From sequence record PQ615101: DNA of 64,000 bases; one strand, 5' to 3'. The notes under the pieces were generated by a model. The model was not told the origin of the DNA. It did no database searches and saw only the letters and a program-made list of their open reading frames with translations. This document shows positions 9,646-17,771 of the stretch, one piece after another. The translations under genes and the position numbers were made by a program. The stretch is from Shigella phage SP21535. The stretch's first letter is position 1; every line of letters starts with the position of its first letter.

Positions 9646-12342
9646 ATGAAAGAATTTTATATCTCTATCGAAACAGTCGGAAATAATATTGTTGAGCGTT
9701 ATATTGATGAAAACGGAAAGGAACGTACTCGTGAAGTAGAATATCTTCCGACTATGTTTAGGCACTGTAAGGAAGAGTCAAAGTACAAAGACATTTATGG
9801 TAAAAATTGCGCTCCTCAAAAATTTCCATCAATGAAAGATGCACGAGACTGGATGAAGCGAATGGAAGACATCGGTCTCGAAGCTCTTGGTATGAACGAT
9901 TTTAAACTCGCTTATATCAGTGATACATATGGTTCAGAAATTGTTTATGACCGAAAATTTGTTCGTATAGCTAACTGTGACATTGAGGTTACTGGTGATA
10001 AATTTCCTGACCCAATGAAAGCAGAATATGAAATTGATGCTATCACTCATTACGATTCAATTGACGATCGTTTTTATGTTTTCGACCTTTTGAATTCAAT
10101 GTACGGTTCAGTATCAAAATGGGATGCAAAGTTAGCTGCTAAGCTTGACTGTGAAGGTGGTGATGAAGTTCCTCAAGAAATTCTTGACCGAGTAATTTAT
10201 ATGCCATTCGATAATGAGCGTGATATGCTCATGGAATATATTAATCTCTGGGAACAGAAACGACCGGCTATTTTTACCGGTTGGAACATTGAGGGATTTG
10301 ACGTTCCGTATATCATGAATCGTGTTAAAATGGTTCTCGGCGAACGTAGTATGAAACGTTTCTCTCCAATCGGTCGGGTAAAATCTAAACTAATTCAAAA
10401 TGTGTACGGTAGCAAAGAAATTTATTCTATTGATGGCGTATCTATTCTTGATTATTTAGATTTGTACAAGAAATTCGCATTTACTAATTTGCCGTCATTC
10501 TCTTTGGAATCAGTTGCTCAACATGAAACCAAAAAAGGTAAATTACCATACGACGGTCCTATTAATAAACTTCGTGAGACTAATCATCAACGATACATTA
10601 GTTATAACATCATTGACGTAGAATCAGTTCAAGCAATTGATAAAATTCGCGGGTTTATCGATCTAGTTTTAAGTATGTCTTATTACGCTAAAATGCCTTT
10701 TTCTGGTGTAATGAGTCCTATTAAAACTTGGGATGCTATTATTTTTAACTCATTGAAAGGTGAACATAAGGTTATTCCTCAACAGGGTTCGCACGTTAAA
10801 CAGAGTTTTCCGGGTGCATTTGTGTTTGAACCTAAACCAATTGCTCGTCGATATATTATGAGTTTTGACTTGACGTCTCTGTATCCTAGCATTATTCGTC
10901 AGGTTAACATTAGTCCTGAGACTATTCGTGGGCAGTTTAAAGTTCATCCAATTCATGAATATATTGCAGGAACAGCTCCTAAGCCAAGTGATGAATATTC
11001 TTGCTCTCCGAATGGATGGATGTATGATAAGCATCAAGAAGGTATCATTCCAAAGGAAATCGCTAAAGTATTTTTCCAGCGTAAAGATTGGAAAAAGAAA
11101 ATGTTCGCTGAAGAAATGAATGCCGAAGCTATTAAAAAGATTATTATGAAAGGCGCAGGGTCTTGTTCAACTAAACCAGAAGTTGAACGATATGTTAAGT
11201 TCAGTGATGATTTCTTAAATGAACTATCAAATTACACCGAATCTGTTCTTAATAGTCTGATCGAAGAATGTGAAAAAGCAGCTACACTTGCTAACACAAA
11301 TCAGCTGAACCGTAAAATTCTTATCAACAGTCTTTATGGTGCTCTTGGTAATATTCATTTCCGTTACTATGATTTGCGAAATGCTACTGCTATCACAATT
11401 TTCGGTCAAGTTGGTATTCAGTGGATTGCTCGTAAAATTAATGAATACCTGAATAAGGTGTGTGGAACTGATGGTGAAGATTTCATCGCGGCGGGTGATA
11501 CTGATTCGGTATATGTTTGTGTAGATAAAGTAATTGAAAAAGTAGGTCTTGACCGCTTTAAAGAACAAAATGATTTAGTTGAATTCATGAATCAGTTCGG
11601 TAAGAAAAAGATGGAACCTATGATTGATGTTGCATATCGTGAGTTATGTGATTATATGAATAACCGCGAGCATCTGATGCATATGGACCGTGAAGCTATT
11701 TCTTGCCCTCCGCTTGGTTCAAAGGGTGTTGGTGGATTTTGGAAAGCGAAAAAACGTTATGCTCTGAACGTTTATGATATGGAAGATAAGCGATTTGCTG
11801 AACCACATCTAAAAATCATGGGTATGGAAACTCAGCAGAGTTCAACACCAAAAGCAGTACAAGAAGCTCTCGAAGAAAGTATTCGTCGTATTCTTCAGGA
11901 AGGCGAAGAGTCTGTCCAAGAATACTATAAGAACTTTGAGAAAGAATATCGTCAACTTGATTATAAAGTTATTGCTGAAGTAAAAACCGCGAACGATATA
12001 GCGAAATATGATGATAAAGGTTGGCCAGGGTTTAAATGCCCGTTCCATATTCGTGGGGTGCTAACTTATCGTCGAGCTGTTAGTGGTTTAGGTGTAGCTC
12101 CAATTTTGGATGGAAATAAGGTAATGGTTCTTCCATTACGTGAGGGAAATCCATTTGGTGACAAGTGCATTGCTTGGCCATCGGGTACGGAACTTCCAAA
12201 AGAAATTCGTTCTGATGTACTGTCTTGGATTGACTACTCAACTTTGTTCCAAAAATCGTTTGTTAAACCACTTGCGGGCATGTGTGAATCGGCAGGTATG
12301 GACTATGAGGAAAAAGCTTCGTTAGACTTCCTGTTTGGCTGA
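9646..12342 (+). CDS. 43: DNA polymerase gp43 (family B, with 3'-5' exonuclease)
   Basis: 898 aa; exo motif FANCDIE; polymerase motifs DxxSLYPS, KILINSLYG, GDTDS. Confidence 0.95.
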   Translation: MKEFYISIETVGNNIVERYIDENGKERTREVEYLPTMFRHCKEESKYKDIYGKNCAPQKFPSMKDARDWMKRMEDIGLEALGMNDFKLAYISDTYGSEIVYDRKFVRIANCDIEVTGDKFPDPMKAEYEIDAITHYDSIDDRFYVFDLLNSMYGSVSKWDAKLAAKLDCEGGDEVPQEILDRVIYMPFDNERDMLMEYINLWEQKRPAIFTGWNIEGFDVPYIMNRVKMVLGERSMKRFSPIGRVKSKLIQNVYGSKEIYSIDGVSILDYLDLYKKFAFTNLPSFSLESVAQHETKKGKLPYDGPINKLRETNHQRYISYNIIDVESVQAIDKIRGFIDLVLSMSYYAKMPFSGVMSPIKTWDAIIFNSLKGEHKVIPQQGSHVKQSFPGAFVFEPKPIARRYIMSFDLTSLYPSIIRQVNISPETIRGQFKVHPIHEYIAGTAPKPSDEYSCSPNGWMYDKHQEGIIPKEIAKVFFQRKDWKKKMFAEEMNAEAIKKIIMKGAGSCSTKPEVERYVKFSDDFLNELSNYTESVLNSLIEECEKAATLANTNQLNRKILINSLYGALGNIHFRYYDLRNATAITIFGQVGIQWIARKINEYLNKVCGTDGEDFIAAGDTDSVYVCVDKVIEKVGLDRFKEQNDLVEFMNQFGKKKMEPMIDVAYRELCDYMNNREHLMHMDREAISCPPLGSKGVGGFWKAKKRYALNVYDMEDKRFAEPHLKIMGMETQQSSTPKAVQEALEESIRRILQEGEESVQEYYKNFEKEYRQLDYKVIAEVKTANDIAKYDDKGWPGFKCPFHIRGVLTYRRAVSGLGVAPILDGNKVMVLPLREGNPFGDKCIAWPSGTELPKEIRSDVLSWIDYSTLFQKSFVKPLAGMCESAGMDYEEKASLDFLFG

Positions 12343-12354
12343 TAGAATAAATCT

Positions 12355-12377
12355 AGGGACCTCCGGGTCCCTTTTTC
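12355..12377 (+). terminator. intrinsic terminator after gene 43
   Basis: AGGGACC-TCCG-GGTCCCT followed by TTTTT. Confidence 0.7.
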
Positions 12378-12459
12378 ATACAAGTAATATAAATCTATAC
12401 TTAGGAAAAATAGATGATTCTGGACCTCTGGAATTCATTAAAAATTTTTTCACAAAACT

Positions 12460-12489
12460 GTTTACATCCCCGTTCTTCCATGGTACTAT
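12460..12489 (+). promoter_or_regulatory. T4-type early promoter within a PeSL-like cassette
   Basis: GTTTAC -35, 18-bp spacer, TACTAT -10; followed by the conserved leader caactatcaactgatac...ggagaataaaATG. Confidence 0.6.
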
Positions 12490-12523
12490 ACAACTATCAA
12501 CTGATACGGATTTGGAGAATAAA

Positions 12524-12904
12524 ATGAAAATCGCTATTTTGGTTATTGCATTGGGTCTTACTGGTTGTGTAGCTCAAGGACCGGTAGTAAATCAATCTGA
12601 TGTAGGAAAAATTGTAAACTGTTCAAGCAAATTTTATAATCCTAATGTTAAGTGTTATAAAGAAGCTCCAAAACAGACAGTAGAACAAATGCAGGCGAAT
12701 TTTGACGAAGCTATTCGTCCAGATGAATCTGCCCAAGCATATCGTAATTCAGATGTAATTACACGCGAAGAAAAAATTGAAAGCTACTGCGCTGAACTTT
12801 GGGCAAATTGGGCTAATAATTACCAATGGCGTACTGGTAAAAATGCTCCGATGGAGTATGTAGTGAATTCTTATAATTCATGTGTAAAAAATTTGACTAA
12901 GTGA
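12524..12904 (+). CDS. predicted lipoprotein
   Basis: Signal peptide with lipobox MKIAILVIALGLTGC; RBS GGAG before ATG. Confidence 0.55.
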   Translation: MKIAILVIALGLTGCVAQGPVVNQSDVGKIVNCSSKFYNPNVKCYKEAPKQTVEQMQANFDEAIRPDESAQAYRNSDVITREEKIESYCAELWANWANNYQWRTGKNAPMEYVVNSYNSCVKNLTK

Positions 12905-12911
12905 GGAAAAC

Positions 12912-13163
12912 ATGGAAACTTTAGTAGCAGGTTCAATTTTTATGGTTTTAGTTTCAGGCGTGTTGGCTATTATTATATACATGCTTCCATGGTTCATCGC
13001 CTTGATGCGTGGGTCAAAATCGACAGTAGGAATCTTTTTCACATCTTTACTGTTTAACTGGTCAATCATTGGTTGGTTTATTACTTTTATTTGGTCAATT
13101 GCTGGTGAAACTAAAAAGTCAACACAGCCAAATCAGGTAATTATCATCAGAGAGAAGGAATGA
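12912..13163 (+). CDS. imm: superinfection immunity protein Imm
   Basis: 83-aa two-TM membrane protein between 43 and 42, as in T4. Confidence 0.8.
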   Translation: METLVAGSIFMVLVSGVLAIIIYMLPWFIALMRGSKSTVGIFFTSLLFNWSIIGWFITFIWSIAGETKKSTQPNQVIIIREKE

Positions 13164-13309
13164 AAAGCAAAATTTTAGCAGTATTGCTTTTAATCTTGAT
13201 GATTATAATAAGTATATACTATAGTGTAACAGTTCCTTGTATGATTCCAACACTTATTATAGGGTGGAGTTTATTACTGTTACAAGTTAAATATGAATGC
13301 ATCAATTGA
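13160..13309 (+). CDS. small hydrophobic protein (49 aa)
   Basis: ATG overlaps imm stop (ATGA); MKSKILAVLLLILMIIISIYY... Confidence 0.3.
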   Translation: MKSKILAVLLLILMIIISIYYSVTVPCMIPTLIIGWSLLLLQVKYECIN

Positions 13310-13316
13310 GGTTTAA

Positions 13317-14057
13317 ATGATTAATAACTCTATGACAGTTGAAGAAATCCGTCTTTATTTGGGAATTGCATTAAAGGAAAAAGATTTCGTAATTGATAAA
13401 ACCGGTGTTAAAACTATTGAAATTATTGGTGCATCATTTGTAGCAGATGAACCTTTTATTTTTGGCGCTCTTAATGATGAATACATTCAGCGTGAACTTG
13501 AATGGTATAAGTCTCAAAGTTTGTTTGTTAAAGATATTCCAGGTGAAACGCCAAAGATTTGGCAACAGGTAGCATCTTCTAAAGGCGAAATTAACTCGAA
13601 TTATGGTTGGGCCATCTGGTCAGAAGATAACTATGCTCAGTATGACATGTGTTTAGCTGAACTTGGTCAAAATCCTGATTCTCGACGTGGTATCATGATT
13701 TATACTCGTCCATCTATGCAGTTTGACTACAATAAAGATGGTATGTCAGATTTCATGTGTACGAATACAGTACAGTACCTGATTCGTGATAAGAAAGTCA
13801 ATGCAGTGGTTAACATGAGAAGTAATGATTGCTGGGCAGGCTATCGTAATGATTATGCATGGCAAAAATATGTACTAGATAAATTAGTATCTGATTTGAA
13901 TGCAGGTGATTCAACTCGTCAGTATAAAGCAGGTTCCATTATATGGAATGTCGGGAGCCTTCATGTGTATTCCCGTCATTTTTATTTGGTTGACCATTGG
14001 TGGAAAACTGGCGAAACTCATATTGCGAAAAAAGATTATAACGGTGAGTGGAAATGA
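13317..14057 (+). CDS. 42: dCMP hydroxymethylase gp42
   Basis: 246-aa product near-identical to T4 gp42 as recalled (MI..SMTVEEIRL...HWWKTGETHI). Confidence 0.95.
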   Translation: MINNSMTVEEIRLYLGIALKEKDFVIDKTGVKTIEIIGASFVADEPFIFGALNDEYIQRELEWYKSQSLFVKDIPGETPKIWQQVASSKGEINSNYGWAIWSEDNYAQYDMCLAELGQNPDSRRGIMIYTRPSMQFDYNKDGMSDFMCTNTVQYLIRDKKVNAVVNMRSNDCWAGYRNDYAWQKYVLDKLVSDLNAGDSTRQYKAGSIIWNVGSLHVYSRHFYLVDHWWKTGETHIAKKDYNGEWK

Positions 14058-14896
14058 TTCAATTCGTAATTCCAAGCTATCAACGCGTAGGGGCAGTTTC
14101 TGCCCTTGATATGTTTCCGACTGATTATGAACCTCATATTGTAGTACGTGAACATGAAGAAAAAGCTTATTATGACGCTTACGGGTCTAGAGCTAAAATT
14201 ATAACTATTCCTGATGATGTTAATGGAATTGCTGGTACTCGTAAAGCAATTACTGATATGTATGCAGGTCAACGAATTTGGATGATTGATGATGATACTA
14301 CTATTCGTATGAGTTCAATACGAAAGAGAGACGATAAACGGCGTGTAGATAAAGTCAATCAATTGACTCGTGAGCAATTCTATGAATTAATTCAATACGT
14401 TGAGGATGCAATGGATTGCGGGTATTATCATGGTCATGCTCGTTTACCAATTTTTAAAATTACTTCATCTTGGGGTAATTATCGTGAAAATTCATATGGA
14501 TTCACGAATACATGGTATGATTTAGGAAAACTTACAACAGAACAAATTGGGTATGGAAAAATTGATTTATGTGAAGATATGTATGCATTTCTCAATTTAA
14601 TTAATCAAGGTTATCCGCATTTGGCCTTGTTCAAATATCTAGTTGTATCTGGAAAAGCACAAGCTCCTGGCGGATGTAGTTCAATTCGTAGTAATTCAAA
14701 ACATAATAGAGCTCTTGAGCAAATCAATAGAGAGTTTCCAGAGCAAGCTCGTTGGAAAACATCGAATATTGAAAAACGAAAATCGTTGGGTGAAGAAGAT
14801 GAACCGCTAAAGGTTCTTCGCATGTGTGTTTCGCGTAAAGAAAAATCAGAAGCATTTCATAAGTTTAATGCTATTCATCCAATAGCAGTTGATTAA
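14054..14896 (+). CDS. GT-A-fold (GT2-like, DxD) glycosyltransferase at the beta-gt locus
   Basis: N-terminal FVIPSYQR and WMIDDDT motifs typical of GT-A enzymes; start overlaps gene 42 stop (ATGA); does not resemble T4 beta-gt. Confidence 0.6.
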   Translation: MIQFVIPSYQRVGAVSALDMFPTDYEPHIVVREHEEKAYYDAYGSRAKIITIPDDVNGIAGTRKAITDMYAGQRIWMIDDDTTIRMSSIRKRDDKRRVDKVNQLTREQFYELIQYVEDAMDCGYYHGHARLPIFKITSSWGNYRENSYGFTNTWYDLGKLTTEQIGYGKIDLCEDMYAFLNLINQGYPHLALFKYLVVSGKAQAPGGCSSIRSNSKHNRALEQINREFPEQARWKTSNIEKRKSLGEEDEPLKVLRMCVSRKEKSEAFHKFNAIHPIAVD

Positions 14897-14973
14897 TGCC
14901 TAAATTTATTGTGTTATAATTACCCTATCTTTAACCAGTGAGGAAAATATAATGATGCTTATGGAAAAAATGA

Positions 14974-15903
14974 ATGTCTATTGCAGATTTAAAATCCCGT
15001 TTGATTAAAGCTTCCACTTCTAAAATGACTGCTGAACTGACTACATCTAAATTCTTTAATGAAAAGGATGTAATCCGTACAAAAATCCCAATGCTTAATA
15101 TCGCTATTTCTGGCGCGATTGATGGCGGCATGCAGTCTGGTTTAACTATTTTCGCAGGGCCTTCTAAACACTTTAAATCAAATATGTCTTTGACTATGGT
15201 TGCGGCATATTTAAACAAATATCATGACGCAGTTTGTCTATTCTATGATAGCGAATTTGGTATTACTCCAGCTTATTTGCGATCCATGGGAGTTGACCCG
15301 GAACGAGTAATTCATACGCCAATTCAGTCAGTTGAACAGCTGAAAATTGATATGGTGAACCAGCTTGAAGCTATTGAGCGTGGTGAAAAGGTTATTGTAT
15401 TCATCGACTCAATCGGTAATATGGCTTCTAAGAAAGAAACGGAAGATGCCTTGAATGAAAAATCTGTGGCAGATATGACTCGTGCTAAATCACTGAAGTC
15501 ATTATTCCGTATTGTTACTCCTTATTTTAGCATTAAAAATATTCCATGTGTTGCGGTTAACCATACAATTGAAACAATTGAACTGTTTAGTAAAACCGTG
15601 ATGACAGGTGGTTGTGTTATTGCTGGTACTAAAATCCAGATGTCCGATGGTTCTACTAAAGCAGTTGAAGATATTCGTCCAGGTGAGCGTGTTAAAACCA
15701 TGGTCGGTGATAATGAAGTAACTTATGTTTGGGACCCCGAAACTCTGGCTGAAGGTACTCCTGAATGTTTCGAAATTGAATTCGAAGACGGTTATAAAGT
15801 AACTACTTCAGATACTCACAAGTTCCTGGTAATGGTTAAAGACATTCCAACTTGGGTTGAAGCTAAAGATTTAGTAGCTGGAATGGATTGTGTTGTAAGG
15901 TAA
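14974..15903 (+). CDS. uvsX: UvsX recombinase N-terminal fragment (aa 1-213) fused to N-terminal split-intein half (96 aa)
   Basis: N-part matches T4 UvsX through ...FSKTVMTGG, then CVIAGTKIQMSDGS... (intein block A) and TTSDTHKF (block B), then stop. Confidence 0.85.
   Translation: MSIADLKSRLIKASTSKMTAELTTSKFFNEKDVIRTKIPMLNIAISGAIDGGMQSGLTIFAGPSKHFKSNMSLTMVAAYLNKYHDAVCLFYDSEFGITPAYLRSMGVDPERVIHTPIQSVEQLKIDMVNQLEAIERGEKVIVFIDSIGNMASKKETEDALNEKSVADMTRAKSLKSLFRIVTPYFSIKNIPCVAVNHTIETIELFSKTVMTGGCVIAGTKIQMSDGSTKAVEDIRPGERVKTMVGDNEVTYVWDPETLAEGTPECFEIEFEDGYKVTTSDTHKFLVMVKDIPTWVEAKDLVAGMDCVVR
15613..15900 (+). other. N-intein half (Hint domain N-terminal splicing region)
   Basis: Begins with Cys right after the UvsX sequence breaks off; blocks A and B present. 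Confidence 0.8.
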
Positions 15904-15907
15904 TAAA

Positions 15908-15947
15908 TATGGGTACCGGACTAATGTATATTTTTGAGGTACCCATA
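15908..15947 (+). promoter_or_regulatory. hairpin occluding RBS/start codon of the homing endonuclease gene
   Basis: Perfect 10-bp inverted repeat TATGGGTACC / GGTACCCATA with 20-nt loop; right arm covers GAGG and first base of the ATG. Confidence 0.5.
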
Positions 15948-16669
15948 TGAATTTTGTCTATAAAATTGTGTTCAACGATAGAATTAAAAACGGCACTCCG
16001 CCATATTACTACATAGGGAGCAAGACAAATGCTTCTTATGTAGATGGTAAGATTATTGACGCCCACGGTCGTGAGTACTATGGCTCATCGAGATATCCCG
16101 GATATCATGATTTTATCAATAATGTTACTGTTGAAATATTGGAGCAATATGATGATATTAAACACACTAAACTGCTAGAGCGCGAAAATTTCTATCAGAA
16201 ACAAGTAAATGTTAAAACAAATCCAGATTATTTTAATTTAGATTATGCTTGTGGGCATAATTCATATGCTAATGCTGATTTTGCATCATACAAGCATTAT
16301 ATAACAGGTAAATGTATTCGTCTTGAAAGAAACCATCCGCTTGTTAAATCTGGTGTGTATGTTGGCGTCACAAAAGGCGTGAAATCTTCTGATGAACACC
16401 GCAAGCACATATCAGAAGGTATTACCGGAGAAAACAATGGGTTCTATGGTAAGAAACACACTAAAGAAACAATTAATAAAATATCAGAAAAAGCAAAGAA
16501 AAGATTAAAGCATTCCCATCCTAGACAAAAAGGTGTTATCATAAACGGTATTGAATACCGGGGCGTCAGACCTGCTGCAAGAGCGTTGGGAATTAATCCT
16601 AACACAATTATCAACAAAATTAAAGCTAATATAAAAGGATGGGCTTATGCAGTAGATGCACGCGGTTAA
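15947..16669 (+). CDS. GIY-YIG homing endonuclease, I-TevI-like
   Basis: VYKIVF...YYIGSK (GIY-YIG), ERENFYQKQVN (compare I-TevI ERENFWIKELN), GENNGFYGKKHT NUMOD-like, C-terminal HTH-like tail. Confidence 0.85.
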   Translation: MNFVYKIVFNDRIKNGTPPYYYIGSKTNASYVDGKIIDAHGREYYGSSRYPGYHDFINNVTVEILEQYDDIKHTKLLERENFYQKQVNVKTNPDYFNLDYACGHNSYANADFASYKHYITGKCIRLERNHPLVKSGVYVGVTKGVKSSDEHRKHISEGITGENNGFYGKKHTKETINKISEKAKKRLKHSHPRQKGVIINGIEYRGVRPAARALGINPNTIINKIKANIKGWAYAVDARG

Positions 16670-16717
16670 GGCATTCGAAGATATGGTAAAAGAATTTGGA
16701 ATGAACATGACAATCAA

Positions 16718-16745
16718 GATTATGCTTTCATGAAATATGTATATT
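16718..16745 (+). promoter_or_regulatory. candidate MotA-dependent middle promoter for the uvsX C-terminal fragment
   Basis: tatGCTTtcA followed by TATATT at appropriate spacing. Confidence 0.35.
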
Positions 16746-16777
16746 GAAACTAGCTACTACGAAACACAAGGTAAAGT

Positions 16778-16882
16778 ATGAAAATTAAATCTGTTAAATC
16801 TGTTGGTAAAAAAGAAGTCTATGATTTGTCTGTTGCTGACGTCGAGCATTATGTTTTAGAAAATGGTATCGTTACACACAAC
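16778..16882 (+). other. C-intein half
   Basis: Block F/G consensus VYDLxV...H..ENGIVTHN, next residue Thr. Confidence 0.8.
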
Positions 16883-17425
16883 ACAGGCGTAATGTATTCG
16901 GCTGATACTGTATTCATTATCGGTAAGCGCCAGATTAAAGATGGTTCTGATCTTCAGGGGTATCAATTTGTTCTAAATGTAGAAAAATCTCGTACCGTTA
17001 AAGAAAAAAGTAAATTCTTTATTGATGTTAAATTTGACGGTGGCATCGATCCTTATTCTGGATTGTTAGATATGGCTCTTGAATTAGGATTTGTGGTAAA
17101 ACCTAAAAATGGCTGGTATGCTCGTGAATTTCTTGACGAAGAAACAGGCGAGATGATTCGCGAAGAAAAATCTTGGCGTGCAAAAGATACCAACTGCACT
17201 ACATTCTGGGGTCCTTTATTTAAGCATCAGCCATTCCGAGATGCTATTAAACGTGCTTATCAGTTAGGTGCTATTGATAGTAATGAAATTGTTGAAGCTG
17301 AAGTTGATGAATTAATTAACTCAAAGGTTGAAAAATTTAAATCTCCAGAAAGTAAAAGTAAATCAGCAGCTGATTTAGAAACTGACCTAGATCAGTTAAG
17401 TGATATGGAAGAATTTAATGAATAA
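16778..17425 (+). CDS. uvsX: C-terminal split-intein half (35 aa) fused to UvsX C-terminal fragment
   Basis: MKIKSVKSVGKKEVYDLSVADVEHYVLENGIVTHN (blocks F/G ending HN) followed by +1 Thr and TGVMYSADTVFIIGKRQ... matching the UvsX C-terminal region. Confidence 0.85.
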   Translation: MKIKSVKSVGKKEVYDLSVADVEHYVLENGIVTHNTGVMYSADTVFIIGKRQIKDGSDLQGYQFVLNVEKSRTVKEKSKFFIDVKFDGGIDPYSGLLDMALELGFVVKPKNGWYAREFLDEETGEMIREEKSWRAKDTNCTTFWGPLFKHQPFRDAIKRAYQLGAIDSNEIVEAEVDELINSKVEKFKSPESKSKSAADLETDLDQLSDMEEFNE

Positions 17426-17762
17426 AGATGATTTAGATTTAGATCTAGAAATTATCGATGAATCCCCCTCTTCGGAGGGGGAAGAAGAAAGAAAAGAGCG
17501 TCTTTTTAATGAATCTCTTAAGATAATTAAATCTGCTATGGAAAATGTTATCCAGGAGATTGTCATTAAACTAGAAGATGGTTCTACACATATAGTGTAT
17601 GTAACTAAACTGGATTGGGTTGATGGAAAGGTTGTAATGGACTTTGCTGTTCTTGACCAAGAAAGAAAAGCTGAGTTAGCTCCTCATGTAGAAAAATGTA
17701 TTACAATGCAACTACAAGATGCATTTAATAAAAGGTCAAAGAAAAAATTTAAATTCTTTTAA
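17418..17762 (+). CDS. 40: head vertex assembly chaperone gp40
   Basis: Small ORF between uvsX and 41, start overlapping uvsX end; MNKDDLDLDLEIID... Confidence 0.55.
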   Translation: MNKDDLDLDLEIIDESPSSEGEEERKERLFNESLKIIKSAMENVIQEIVIKLEDGSTHIVYVTKLDWVDGKVVMDFAVLDQERKAELAPHVEKCITMQLQDAFNKRSKKKFKFF

Positions 17763-17771
17763 GGAGTAAGT

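Larger units (their letters stand above)
15613..16882 (+). mobile_element. split mini-intein with intervening free-standing homing endonuclease gene inside uvsX (fractured gene)
   Basis: N-intein ORF, separate HEG ORF, then ORF starting with C-intein; removing 15613..16882 restores a continuous UvsX-like reading frame. Confidence 0.8.

Noticed and set aside
10750-12048. Several minus-strand ORFs (10750-11037, 11227-11568, 11842-12048) inside the DNA polymerase gene
   Set aside because: Embedded antisense to a confidently identified, well-conserved gene, with no RBS; typical spurious ORFs in AT-rich DNA.
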